This document shows, piece after piece, positions 8,137-17,694 of a stretch of DNA of 64,000 nt. The first letter of the stretch is position 1. Each line of letters starts with the position of its first letter. A model generated the notes under the pieces. That model made no database searches. It saw nothing but the letters and a program-made list of their open reading frames with translations, and was not told the origin of the DNA. The stretch is from the sequence record OZ035795.1; one strand, given 5' to 3'. Source of the stretch: Krischvirus LF73P4. Both the position numbers and the translations under genes were made by a program.

Positions 8137-10815
8137 ATGTATTTTCTGTCATGTGAGCGAGTGGGTGATAAGATCTACGAGCGTTATATTGATGATGCTG
8201 GACAAGAACAAGAGCGTTACGTTGAATATACGCCAACTTTATTTCATCATGCCGCGCCCGGTATGGTTACGAATTATAAAGATATCTATGGCAAGCCTTG
8301 CATTGCTAAAAAATTCCCATCTATGAACGAGGCCAACAAATGGCGTAAAAAGATGGGAGAAATGGGGCAGGAGGCACTAGGGATGGATGATTTTATCATC
8401 TCCTATCTGTCCGATACATATAAAGGCGAGATTCGATATGACCGAAATAAAATCCGTGTAGCCTGGGTTGATATTGAGGTCACTGCACCGGAATTTCCTA
8501 AACCAGAAGAAGCGAAATATCCTATCGATGCTATTACGCATTATGATTCCGTACATGATCGTTTCTTTGTATTTGATTTGAAAGGAAAAAACGGTGAAAT
8601 CTGGGAAGCAAGCAAGTCTATTCTTCGACCTGATATTGTAGAGCGCGTTGTTTATAACGTCTATGACACAGAAGATGAATTGCTGTTAGAATACATCCGA
8701 TTCTTTGAGGAAAACCGACCCGTTGGTTTCACTGGCTGGAACACAGAAACATTCGATATTCCATATATCATTAAACGTATCAGTAATAAGTTCGGAAGTA
8801 GAACCGCTAACCGTCTAAGCCCATGCGGTAAGATTAAATCCCGAATCTCGCAGGATGATTTTGGCAACGAGCGTGAAGCATTTACGATCATGGGGATCGA
8901 AAGCCTTGATTATATTGACCTGTACAAGAAATTTAGCTTTACGACTCAACCAACATATGCATTAGATTATGTTGCTGAATATGAGACCGGAATCGGTAAG
9001 GTTGATTATGATGGTCCGTTAAAGAAATTGCGTGATGACAACCATCAACTTTACATCGATTATAACATCGGCGACGTTGATCGTGTGCTGGCGATTGATA
9101 AAAAGCGTGGATTTATCGATCTTGTGTATAGTCTATGTTTCTATGCAAAGATTAAATTTAACCATGTTTATAACCCGATGAAAGTATGGGATGCTATTAT
9201 CTTCGGATCTCTGAAAGCAGAGGGTAAAGTAGTACCGGAAAATAAGATACAGCCTAAGCAGACTTATCCTGGCGCATTCGTAAAAGAACCTGTACCGAAT
9301 GCTTACCGTTGGATGATGAGCTTTGACTTAACAAGTCTGTACCCATCTATTATTCGACAGGTTAATATTTCTCCTGAAACAATCGCTGGATCTTTTGATG
9401 CTGCACCGATGCACGAGTATATCAATAAAACTGCACCACGTCCGAGTGATGAGTATTCTTGCTCGCCTAACGGATGGATGTATAGAAAAGATATTCACGG
9501 TATCGTACCGATTGAGATTAAAAAGGTATTCGATCAGCGTAAGCAGTACAAAAACATGATGTTGGCATGTGATCGCAATGCTGAACTCTGTAAAGCGATT
9601 CTACACGATGAAAATCATGTTTATGGGGGAACCATTAGCTATAGCGTTGAAGTGCGTCACGACTTCGATGAAGCGTTTAAATCGATGCTTTCTGAATTGA
9701 GCAAAGATGCCTTAGAGAAATTGCTGGAAGAATGTAAAGACGAGTCGATCTTGTGCAATACAAACCAGCTTTCTCGAAAAGTTTTGATCAACTCCCTTTA
9801 TGGTGCGTTGGGGAATCCTAAATTCCGTTTTTATGATCTCCGTAACGCTAGTGCGATCACACTGTTCGGTCAGCTTGCAATTCAGTGGATTGAGCGTAAG
9901 ATTAACGAATACTTAAACGAGCTTTGCGGAACGACTGATTTTGCATATGTTCGTTATTGTGATACTGACTCCGTTTATGTGCTGGTTAACAATGTTATTG
10001 ATAAGGTTGGCGGGGAAGACCGTTTCGACGATACCGAAAAACTTGTTGACTTCCTTGATAATTTCGGTAAACATCGAATGGAACCTATTATCGACAAGGG
10101 ATATCGCGAGTTATGCGAGTACATGAACAACTATGAGCACTTGATGTTTATGGACCGTGAGGCAATTGCTGGTCCTCCGTTGAAATCTGCGGGTATCGGT
10201 GGATTCTGGACTGGTAAAAAGCGTTATGCTCTTAATGTTTGGGATATGGAAGGAACGCGCTTTGCTGAACCTAAGCTAAAAATCATGGGCTTGGAAACGC
10301 AACGTAGCTCCACCCCTAAAGCATGTCAGAAATCACTGAAAGAATGTATTCGCCGTATGTTGCAGGAAGGTGAAGAGTCATTGCAGGAATACTACGGTAT
10401 TTTTGAGCAAGAATTTAGAAAACTTGACTATCTTGATGTTGCTGCGGTATCATCTGCAAACAACCTACAGAAATACAGCGATTCAAACGGGTATCCGATT
10501 AAGGGTTGTCCGTATGCGGTTAAGAGTGTATTGTGTTATAATCGTAATGCTCGAAAATTCGGACTAGACCCGATTCGTGAGGGTGAGAAGGTTATGATTG
10601 TACCGCTTAAAGACCGAAATCCGTTTGGAGAAATCTGTTTTGGTTGGTTGTCTGGTACTCGTATTCCACCAGAAATTGAATCAGAGGTGTTGAAGTGGTT
10701 GGACTGGCCTTTGTTGTTTAATAAGACTTTCGTCAAACCACTGGAGAACATTACCACGGCTGCAAAGCTGCAATATGAAAAAGTTGCTTCACTGACTGAC
10801 CTGTTTGACATTTAA
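8137..10815 (+). CDS. 43: DNA polymerase gp43 (family B, with 3'-5' exonuclease)
   Basis: 892 aa from ATG 8137 (AAGGAG upstream); motifs DIEV, SLYPS, YCDTDS; collinear with T4 gp43. Confidence 0.95.
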   Translation: MYFLSCERVGDKIYERYIDDAGQEQERYVEYTPTLFHHAAPGMVTNYKDIYGKPCIAKKFPSMNEANKWRKKMGEMGQEALGMDDFIISYLSDTYKGEIRYDRNKIRVAWVDIEVTAPEFPKPEEAKYPIDAITHYDSVHDRFFVFDLKGKNGEIWEASKSILRPDIVERVVYNVYDTEDELLLEYIRFFEENRPVGFTGWNTETFDIPYIIKRISNKFGSRTANRLSPCGKIKSRISQDDFGNEREAFTIMGIESLDYIDLYKKFSFTTQPTYALDYVAEYETGIGKVDYDGPLKKLRDDNHQLYIDYNIGDVDRVLAIDKKRGFIDLVYSLCFYAKIKFNHVYNPMKVWDAIIFGSLKAEGKVVPENKIQPKQTYPGAFVKEPVPNAYRWMMSFDLTSLYPSIIRQVNISPETIAGSFDAAPMHEYINKTAPRPSDEYSCSPNGWMYRKDIHGIVPIEIKKVFDQRKQYKNMMLACDRNAELCKAILHDENHVYGGTISYSVEVRHDFDEAFKSMLSELSKDALEKLLEECKDESILCNTNQLSRKVLINSLYGALGNPKFRFYDLRNASAITLFGQLAIQWIERKINEYLNELCGTTDFAYVRYCDTDSVYVLVNNVIDKVGGEDRFDDTEKLVDFLDNFGKHRMEPIIDKGYRELCEYMNNYEHLMFMDREAIAGPPLKSAGIGGFWTGKKRYALNVWDMEGTRFAEPKLKIMGLETQRSSTPKACQKSLKECIRRMLQEGEESLQEYYGIFEQEFRKLDYLDVAAVSSANNLQKYSDSNGYPIKGCPYAVKSVLCYNRNARKFGLDPIREGEKVMIVPLKDRNPFGEICFGWLSGTRIPPEIESEVLKWLDWPLLFNKTFVKPLENITTAAKLQYEKVASLTDLFDI

Positions 10816-10832
10816 GATAAAGTGTGTATAAT
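10805..10832 (+). promoter_or_regulatory. sigma70-type promoter TTGACA-16-TATAAT overlapping end of gene 43
   Basis: -35 at 10805-10810, -10 at 10827-10832; GGCGGGT/ACCCGCC hairpin at 10833-10859 downstream. Confidence 0.45.
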
Positions 10833-10876
10833 GGCGGGTGTTGGGTGACGATACCCGCCAATGTGAGAAATATATT

Positions 10877-11065
10877 ATGAGAGACATTGAAAAGATTAAA
10901 CGTGAACGTGAGGAAGGCATAGAGCATTTCAAGAAAGTTCACGGAAATCACAGCAACGAAGTATTTGTGACGATCAATGTTGATGCGATGAAAAAGTTAA
11001 TTCAAGAGCACTACAAAGATCGAATAACAATGAAGCAATTAAAGTATTACGGATTAACTGAATAG
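10877..11065 (+). CDS. hypothetical protein
   Basis: 62-aa ORF between gene 43 and uvsX. Confidence 0.4.
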   Translation: MRDIEKIKREREEGIEHFKKVHGNHSNEVFVTINVDAMKKLIQEHYKDRITMKQLKYYGLTE

Positions 11066-11076
11066 AGGTATTAATA

Positions 11077-12147
11077 ATGTCTGTACTGGAAAAACTGAAA
11101 AAGAACTCTACCCTGAAAACTACTGCGGTACTGTCTAAATCCAGCTTCTTTAACGAAAAAACAAATACTCGCACTAAGATCCCGATGCTGAATATTGCGT
11201 TTTCAGGTGATCTTAAAAAGGGCTTTCAATCTGGTCTGATTTTCTTTGCTGGTCCGTCTAAGCACTTTAAATCAAACATGGGATTAACTTGTGTTAGTGC
11301 ATACATGAAACAGAATCCTGATGCGGCGTGTTTGTTCTTTGATTCTGAGTTCGGTATTACACCCGCTTATCTTGAATCTATGGGTGTAGATCCTGATCGC
11401 GTGGTGCATGTTCCAATCAAGAACATCGAAGAACTTAAATTTGAAATCATGAACCAGCTTGAGCAAATTACCCGTGAAGATAAAGTGATCATCTTTATTG
11501 ACTCAATCGGTAACTTAGCAAGTAAAAAAGAAGTTGAAGACGCGATTAATGAGAAATCCGCACAGGATATGACGCGAGCTAAAGCACTTAAAGGCTTGTT
11601 CCGTATGGTGACGCCATATCTGACTATGAATGATATCCCGTGCATCGCTATTAACCACACTTACGAAACGCAAGAAATGTTTAGTAAGACCGTTATGTCC
11701 GGCGGTACGGGCGCGATGTATTCAGCCAATGAAGTTTTCATTATTGGTCGTCGTCAGCAGAAAGAAGGAACCGAAATTACTGGTTATGATTTTATCCTGA
11801 ATGCGGAAAAATCACGAACCGTTAAAGAAAAATCTAAGTTCCCGATTAGCGTAACATTTAGCGGTGGTATCGATCCTTATTCCGGCTTGCTGGAATTGGC
11901 TGTAGAGTTAGGCTGGGTAGTGAAACCGTCAAACGGCTGGTATTCTCGTTCAATCCTAAATACCGAGACCGGAGAGATGGAAACCGAAGAACGCAAGTTC
12001 CGTGCTAAAGAAACCAATAGCATTGAGTTCTGGAAACCACTTCTGACAAACGATAAGTTTAACGAAGCAATCAACGATCATTATAAGCTGGGGCAAGTGA
12101 TCAGCGACGAAGCAGTTGACAAAGAAATCGAAGATATGTTAGCATAA
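11077..12147 (+). CDS. uvsX: RecA-like recombinase UvsX
   Basis: 356 aa; collinear similarity to T4 UvsX as recalled (e.g. KIPMLNIAFSG, IAINHTYETQEMFSKTVM). Confidence 0.9.
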   Translation: MSVLEKLKKNSTLKTTAVLSKSSFFNEKTNTRTKIPMLNIAFSGDLKKGFQSGLIFFAGPSKHFKSNMGLTCVSAYMKQNPDAACLFFDSEFGITPAYLESMGVDPDRVVHVPIKNIEELKFEIMNQLEQITREDKVIIFIDSIGNLASKKEVEDAINEKSAQDMTRAKALKGLFRMVTPYLTMNDIPCIAINHTYETQEMFSKTVMSGGTGAMYSANEVFIIGRRQQKEGTEITGYDFILNAEKSRTVKEKSKFPISVTFSGGIDPYSGLLELAVELGWVVKPSNGWYSRSILNTETGEMETEERKFRAKETNSIEFWKPLLTNDKFNEAINDHYKLGQVISDEAVDKEIEDMLA

Positions 12148-12158
12148 CAATGGTAGTA

Positions 12159-12181
12159 AAGGGGCTACGTGCCCCTTTTTC
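12159..12181 (+). terminator. rho-independent terminator
   Basis: AGGGGC-tacgt-GCCCCT hairpin followed by TTTTT. Confidence 0.55.
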
Positions 12182-12202
12182 ATATCTAGAGAGGATTATA
12201 TT

Positions 12203-12520
12203 ATGGATAAGAAACCAACAAGTTTAGAAGAAGCACACAGCTTGATTCAAGAAGCAATGAAGACAGTTATCCAGGAACTGATAATTGTTGATGAAGAGGG
12301 AGAACATCATATTGTCTATATTCATAATGTTGAATACGATCCAGACACTAAAGGTATTATGGTCGACTACTCCACGCCGTCAGATCGTGATGTGGTATAT
12401 CCACACGTCATTAAGGCGTTAACCGCGCAGATCAAAGAAGCAGAAGAAAAGTTGAAAAAAGAAACTTTCTGGTATAAACTCAAGACCTTTGTTATGCGTG
12501 TAGTTGGGGGCTATGTATGA
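12203..12520 (+). CDS. hypothetical protein (at position of T4 gene 40)
   Basis: 105-aa ORF between uvsX and gene 41; assignment by position only. Confidence 0.4.
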   Translation: MDKKPTSLEEAHSLIQEAMKTVIQELIIVDEEGEHHIVYIHNVEYDPDTKGIMVDYSTPSDRDVVYPHVIKALTAQIKEAEEKLKKETFWYKLKTFVMRVVGGYV

Positions 12521-13929
12521 TTAAAACTATCTTTTCACAGTTGATTTACAATGGCGCATTCTTTACGAATGTATGGCCTCACCTTAAAGCGGACTACTTC
12601 ACCGAAGACGAAGAAAAACTGATTTATAAGCTGATTAAAAAGCACGTAGACGAATATTCCAATATTCCTACGCCAACAGCATTACAGATTGCTTTAGACA
12701 AGGAGAGAGGCAATCAGACAACATATGAAGGGGCGAAAACTCTTCTTGATTCGCTTGAGAATACACCGGAAGACCTTGATTGGTTAATGAAGGAAACCGA
12801 AAAATTTATTCGTGACCGCGCTATGTATAATGCAATGTCACGGGCGCTAGAGATTCAGGCGAACGCACAACTACCAAAAGAGAAACAGAATAAGAAATTG
12901 CCTAGTGAGGGCGCTATTCCTGAAATTATGCAGGAAGCACTATCCATTACGTTTGATTCTGATGTAGGTCATGACTGGTTTAATGACTTTGAAAAACGAT
13001 TCTTGCTATATCAGACTAAGGCGAATAAGATCCCATTTAAGCTGCCGATGTTGAATAAAATCACGAAAGGAGGGGCGGAAAGAAAAACGCTAAATGTGTT
13101 GCTTGCTGGTGTAAACGTTGGTAAATCGCTTGGATTGTGTTCTCTTGCTGCGGATTATATGGAATGTGGTTATGATGTATTGTATATCTCAATGGAGATG
13201 GCAGAGCATGTCGTAGCCAAACGTATCGACGCAAACTTGCTTGACATTACATTAGATGAATTGGATAATGGTAATGTTTCTTTTGCGGAATATTCCGCAC
13301 GCATGAAGCGTGTTAAGAATAAGAAGATCGGGGATCGTCCGGTTGGAAAATTGATGATCAAGCAGTATCCGACTGGTGGCGCGAACTCCAATCACTTTGA
13401 GGCGTTAATGAATGAATTGCGACTCAAGAAACAGTTTAAACCTGATGTTGTGATTGTTGACTATCTTGGGATTTGCGCATCGTCTCGCTTGCGTGTATAC
13501 TCTGAAAATAGTTACACACTAGTTAAGGCGATTGCGGAAGAACTGCGAGGATTTTTTGTTAAGTGGGATGTTGTTGGTTGGACTGCGGCACAGACTACCC
13601 GCGCTGGTTGGGATGCTTCCGACCTTAACATGAGTGATACCGCTGAATCAGCAGGTCTTCCGGCTACAGCCGACTTTATGTTGGGTGTTATCGAAACCGA
13701 AGACCTGGCTAAAATGGGCGTCCAACTCATGAAGCAGATCAAGTCTCGTTACGGTGATAAGAACTATTATTCACGGTTTAACGTTGGTGTGAAGAAAGGC
13801 AATCAGCGTTGGTATGAAGTACCAAACCAGATCGCAGATCAGGAGAACGCACAAGTTAAACCACAAAGCGCACAGCAAGCCGAGAAACGCGAAAAACTCG
13901 ACGAGCTAGCAAATACCATGACTTTCTAA
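12517..13929 (+). CDS. 41: replicative DNA helicase gp41 (DnaB-like)
   Basis: 470 aa; Walker A GVNVGKS; collinear with T4 gp41 as recalled. Confidence 0.95.
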   Translation: MIKTIFSQLIYNGAFFTNVWPHLKADYFTEDEEKLIYKLIKKHVDEYSNIPTPTALQIALDKERGNQTTYEGAKTLLDSLENTPEDLDWLMKETEKFIRDRAMYNAMSRALEIQANAQLPKEKQNKKLPSEGAIPEIMQEALSITFDSDVGHDWFNDFEKRFLLYQTKANKIPFKLPMLNKITKGGAERKTLNVLLAGVNVGKSLGLCSLAADYMECGYDVLYISMEMAEHVVAKRIDANLLDITLDELDNGNVSFAEYSARMKRVKNKKIGDRPVGKLMIKQYPTGGANSNHFEALMNELRLKKQFKPDVVIVDYLGICASSRLRVYSENSYTLVKAIAEELRGFFVKWDVVGWTAAQTTRAGWDASDLNMSDTAESAGLPATADFMLGVIETEDLAKMGVQLMKQIKSRYGDKNYYSRFNVGVKKGNQRWYEVPNQIADQENAQVKPQSAQQAEKREKLDELANTMTF

Positions 13930-13935
13930 TAAAAT

Positions 13936-13951
13936 GCGCCCTACGGGGCGC
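13936..13951 (+). other. GC-rich stem-loop (GCGCCC-tac-GGGGCGC) without T-run
   Basis: Inverted repeat directly after gp41 stop. Confidence 0.3.
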
Positions 13952-13979
13952 TGGTGAATGATTTGATAGGAGATATAAC

Positions 13980-14615
13980 ATGATCGCTAATGCTTTACCG
14001 CCAAAATGGATCGTAAGTCGCTTTTATACTCTCAAGGAAGGTAACGCACCTGATGGTCGTCCGATCCGAGATCTGTTTCTGGAGATGACTACAGCCGAAG
14101 CACAGTTTTATAATGATCTGACAGACGATAAGCCATTTCTCGTAAATTCGGTGGACCTCGATGGCAATGTCACATCAATCATCACACATGGTGGGGGAGT
14201 GAAAAATATTACTTCTCTGCGTGATCACGGTTGGGAAATTGCTTGTGTATTTCCTGCGGATGTACGCGGATTCTTTGATGAGGTATCTGATATTAAAGTA
14301 AATGCACTGGAACCATATGACGAGATCCCACCACTGAAAGAAGAAAAAGAGTTGACACCGGAAGATGTAGATAGTACACTACACCCCGACCTATTTAAGA
14401 AGATTAGCGGTTTATGGACTGTTACCCTGTATCCAACCGCATTAGGTCTAGAATTGGGTATGCCAACTTATTCTGATATTGATAATTGGACTAAGCATAT
14501 TGATAAAGATGTTGAAAAACAGCGAAATAATGCTAAAATGCAACTTAAAGAGAAACGCAAAGATCTTGAACGACAACTGAAAGAAACAAAACGTTTGCTT
14601 TCTACATTCGCTTGA
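13980..14615 (+). CDS. hypothetical protein
   Basis: 211-aa ORF, lysine-rich C-terminus. Confidence 0.5.
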   Translation: MIANALPPKWIVSRFYTLKEGNAPDGRPIRDLFLEMTTAEAQFYNDLTDDKPFLVNSVDLDGNVTSIITHGGGVKNITSLRDHGWEIACVFPADVRGFFDEVSDIKVNALEPYDEIPPLKEEKELTPEDVDSTLHPDLFKKISGLWTVTLYPTALGLELGMPTYSDIDNWTKHIDKDVEKQRNNAKMQLKEKRKDLERQLKETKRLLSTFA

Positions 14616-14645
14616 TCTATAATGAAACTCTAAGGAGACTATATT

Positions 14646-15023
14646 ATGAAAAATATGATTACGCCGGAAGATGTAGCATTCAAAACCGCATTCAACGGAG
14701 ATATTCTTATTTTTATCGACGGTAAACACGCCGGAATGATTGAACAGGAAGGTCGCTGGGGTGTTGCTGAACTATATAACGTGGCGGGTGTAGAAGGTCA
14801 TAAAACAGCACTTGTTTTCTTGTCGGATAAAGATCAAATGCGTCGAAAAATTGCTGCGCTCTATAATGAAGCAGTATATTTCTACGAACCGTTTCATCGT
14901 ATTAAAACGATCTCCCGCGTGACTCGAAAAGATGTTAATGCTTGTGTTATCAAGATTGTAGAGAATCAGGATAAACTGACGAAAGACCAGATTGTTGACT
15001 TACTGAAAGAGATTATTCTATGA
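14646..15023 (+). CDS. hypothetical protein
   Basis: 125-aa ORF with AAGGAG upstream. Confidence 0.5.
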   Translation: MKNMITPEDVAFKTAFNGDILIFIDGKHAGMIEQEGRWGVAELYNVAGVEGHKTALVFLSDKDQMRRKIAALYNEAVYFYEPFHRIKTISRVTRKDVNACVIKIVENQDKLTKDQIVDLLKEIIL

Positions 15024-15196
15024 TTGGATTTAAACAGTTTGTTGAAGAAAATAAACTCAAAGAAGATATGACCGCTGGCGATGCTGGCGGCAATCCTGAG
15101 AAGATCGCAGCAGGTGAAACGAGCGGATCTATTACCAATCGTGGACCTAGTGTAGCGGGTAAAGAAAAACGCAAAAAGGAGAAAGACGGTGCTTAG
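15020..15196 (+). CDS. hypothetical small protein (58 aa)
   Basis: ATGA overlap with upstream stop; below ORF-track size cut-off. Confidence 0.3.
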   Translation: MIGFKQFVEENKLKEDMTAGDAGGNPEKIAAGETSGSITNRGPSVAGKEKRKKEKDGA

Positions 15197-15347
15197 TATC
15201 ATCATGTTTATCGTTGGCTTGCTGTCCGCTATTATCGGTGTTGTTATTTTCGGATTATCTGGACACAAAACAAAAACAGAAAAGTTATCCGAGATCACAA
15301 TGTATGTTGGTGTAGTTCTCATTCTGTTGTCGGTGGCGCTTAAATGA
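15189..15347 (+). CDS. small hydrophobic protein, two predicted membrane helices (GTG start)
   Basis: AAGGAG 7 nt upstream of GTG 15189; hydrophobic stretches; stop overlaps next ATG. Confidence 0.35.
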   Translation: MLSIIMFIVGLLSAIIGVVIFGLSGHKTKTEKLSEITMYVGVVLILLSVALK

Positions 15348-15547
15348 TTACGATGAAATGTCTTAAAAGCACATATGCACTTTTTGAAGCCGGAAAAGAA
15401 TATGAATTTACAGAACTTGACCCGGTAGGCCGTTTTCGTGTATTCTCTTACACATCGCCAGATGGTAGTGTCTACAAATTTGGATTAGATGAGAACGGAG
15501 AGAATGAAAATGAAAGTGTAGGAACTTTCATGAAATTTGAGCTATAA
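15344..15547 (+). CDS. hypothetical protein
   Basis: 67-aa ORF. Confidence 0.4.
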   Translation: MITMKCLKSTYALFEAGKEYEFTELDPVGRFRVFSYTSPDGSVYKFGLDENGENENESVGTFMKFEL

Positions 15548-15556
15548 GAGGTTATT

Positions 15557-16585
15557 ATGATTTACTACGCAGATTATGAAATAGCGGAAAAAGCCATATA
15601 CGGCGAACGAAATTTTAAACGGTTGCATACTAGCTCATTTACGCTGGTCTGTAGTTGTCCGATCTGCGGTGACTCAAAGAAAAATCATACTCAAGCGCGA
15701 TTCCGTATCTATACCTATAAGGATAGTTTGCGTTGTGGTTGTTTCAACTGTAACTACAATCAGCCGTTAGGTGAATTTCTCAAACAGTATAAACCGGACC
15801 TATTCAGGGAATGGCTTATGGAGAGACGGAAGGAACAAGGCGACCACAAGAACACCACGTTCAAGCCACTGAAAAAGGTAGAAAAGCCGGAGATTAAGAA
15901 AGTGCAAACATTGCCTTTCTGCGAGAGATTAGATACTCTTCCGGCTAATCATCCTATAATAAAGTATGTCAGTGATCGTTGCATCCCTCACGATAAATGG
16001 GATCTTCTGTATTTCACGAGAGAATGGCAAAAGGTAGCAAATCACATTAAGGCTGATACTTTCAAGAACCCACAACCTGAACCGCGTTTAGTGATTCCTA
16101 TCTTTAACCGCGAGAACAAGATAGAATCCATTCAGGGGCGAGCATTGAGAAAGGATTACGGAAAGACCAAATATATGACGATTAAAACTCATGAGTTAGC
16201 GAGTAAGGTCTATGGTCTTGAACGCGCCGATCCGAGTAAGCCAGTGTATTTCTTAGAAGGTCCGATCGATTCATTGTTTATTGATAACGGGTGTGCAATT
16301 ACTGGCGGTACTTTGGGATTAGATGAAATACCTTTCCCAGACCAGCGAGTGTTTGTACTTGATGCGGAACCACGGTCTGCCGATACAATGCACCGACTGG
16401 AAAAGTTTATCAATGCAGGGGAAAAGATTGTATTGTGGGACCGTTGCCCGTGGCATTCTAAAGACGTTAACGCCATGATTCAGGACGAGGGCGCTACACG
16501 CGACCAGATCATGGAATATATCAAAGAGAACACCGTACAAGGTCTGATGGCTAAAATGCGGTTTATGAAATATTGTAAATTTTAA
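15557..16585 (+). CDS. 61: DNA primase gp61
   Basis: 342 aa; zinc ribbon CPICGDS...CFNC; strong similarity to T4 gp61 as recalled. Confidence 0.9.
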   Translation: MIYYADYEIAEKAIYGERNFKRLHTSSFTLVCSCPICGDSKKNHTQARFRIYTYKDSLRCGCFNCNYNQPLGEFLKQYKPDLFREWLMERRKEQGDHKNTTFKPLKKVEKPEIKKVQTLPFCERLDTLPANHPIIKYVSDRCIPHDKWDLLYFTREWQKVANHIKADTFKNPQPEPRLVIPIFNRENKIESIQGRALRKDYGKTKYMTIKTHELASKVYGLERADPSKPVYFLEGPIDSLFIDNGCAITGGTLGLDEIPFPDQRVFVLDAEPRSADTMHRLEKFINAGEKIVLWDRCPWHSKDVNAMIQDEGATRDQIMEYIKENTVQGLMAKMRFMKYCKF

Positions 16586-16599
16586 TTAATGAGGTGAAT

Positions 16600-17118
16600 A
16601 TGTCAGAATTTAATTCTTGTGCTGGTCTGGTTAACGAAAAAGATATTAACGCGGCTATCGCCGCATATCATCACGCTATTGCAGAAGGTAAAGATCCGTT
16701 TCAGGTGATGCTCGAAATGCAAACTGGTTTGCAGGTTGCATTATCCGAAAAATTTGATTGGGTCCCAAATCCAACTAAGCTAGAGACTTGCGGTGAAATG
16801 CTGGATTGGATGCAACGGATGGATGACGCTATCGCAGACGAAACACGAGAGCTTTACACATCGCTGGGTGGAATGTCCAATGGTAAAGATGCAAGTGCAA
16901 TCTGGAAAATGTGGAAAAAGAACCACGGAGAAGCGCGAGCGCGTAAATTCTCTGAACTGTCACCGGAAGATCAGCTTGAAGTGAAATTTGAATTTGTGGA
17001 CGCGATCCACTTCATTCTGTCAAAGATGATCCCGCTGGGTATTGACGCTCAAGAACTCTTTATTCTGTACTATCTGAAAAATGCTGAAAACTTCGCCCGT
17101 CAAGAACGCGGCTACTAA
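16600..17118 (+). CDS. hypothetical protein; possible all-alpha NTP pyrophosphatase (MazG/gp56-like)
   Basis: 172 aa; acidic ExxE / ExxD helices; product call tentative. Confidence 0.35.
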   Translation: MSEFNSCAGLVNEKDINAAIAAYHHAIAEGKDPFQVMLEMQTGLQVALSEKFDWVPNPTKLETCGEMLDWMQRMDDAIADETRELYTSLGGMSNGKDASAIWKMWKKNHGEARARKFSELSPEDQLEVKFEFVDAIHFILSKMIPLGIDAQELFILYYLKNAENFARQERGY

Positions 17119-17125
17119 AAATTAG

Positions 17126-17154
17126 TTGACACTAATCTATAATGGTTTTATTAT
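17126..17154 (+). promoter_or_regulatory. promoter candidate TTGACA-17-TATTAT
   Basis: -35 at 17126-17131, -10 at 17149-17154; abuts terminator hairpin. Confidence 0.35.
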
Positions 17155-17184
17155 GCCTCCCGTCGAAAGATTGGAGGCTTTTTT
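17155..17184 (+). terminator. rho-independent terminator whose 3' arm contains the SD of the next gene
   Basis: GCCTCC (17155-17160) / GGAGGC (17173-17178) hairpin + TTTTTT; ATG at 17188. Confidence 0.55.
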
Positions 17185-17187
17185 ATT

Positions 17188-17691
17188 ATGCAATTTACAC
17201 CAGAAGAACTTAACATCATTGATGAAGTGATGAACTCTAAAGAAAATATCGATATGTCGATCCTTAATGGATTGATCGAAAAGACTGAGCGGTTAGTGCA
17301 TCATGAAGCCTTGTATCGCGGTGTGAGCAAAAGAGAAGGCCGTAAGCTGGATACCTTAATTGTAGGTGATTCTTTCGTTGTAGAGCGTCCTATGAGCTTT
17401 ACGCCACTGAAATCAACAGCAGAGGACTTTGCAACCGATGTTTATGCAACAGGAAAGATTATTGCAATAAAACCTACCAAGCCTTGCATGAATTATTACG
17501 AACATGCTATTGACCGAGTGGTGTCTAAAGAGTATGACAATCCGACTACTCGACTGTCTTTGTATGCTATGTTGGCAGATGAGCGCGAGTGCATATACAA
17601 GACAGGGACGACCATGATCCTTGATGAGATCGAGGAAGTTTACGCGTGTAATGGCGAGCTGATAGAGATTTACAAATTTTCTTTAATTTAA
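17188..17691 (+). CDS. hypothetical protein (possible Mod-like ADP-ribosyltransferase)
   Basis: 167 aa; YRG, ST and ERE elements in the order of R-S-E ADP-ribosyltransferases; weak. Confidence 0.5.
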   Translation: MQFTPEELNIIDEVMNSKENIDMSILNGLIEKTERLVHHEALYRGVSKREGRKLDTLIVGDSFVVERPMSFTPLKSTAEDFATDVYATGKIIAIKPTKPCMNYYEHAIDRVVSKEYDNPTTRLSLYAMLADERECIYKTGTTMILDEIEEVYACNGELIEIYKFSLI

Positions 17692-17694
17692 GTG

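Noticed and set aside
17138-17143. TATAAT hexamer 6 bp downstream of TTGACA
   Set aside because: Spacer far too short for a sigma70 promoter; the TATTAT at 17149-17154 (17-bp spacer) is the plausible -10.
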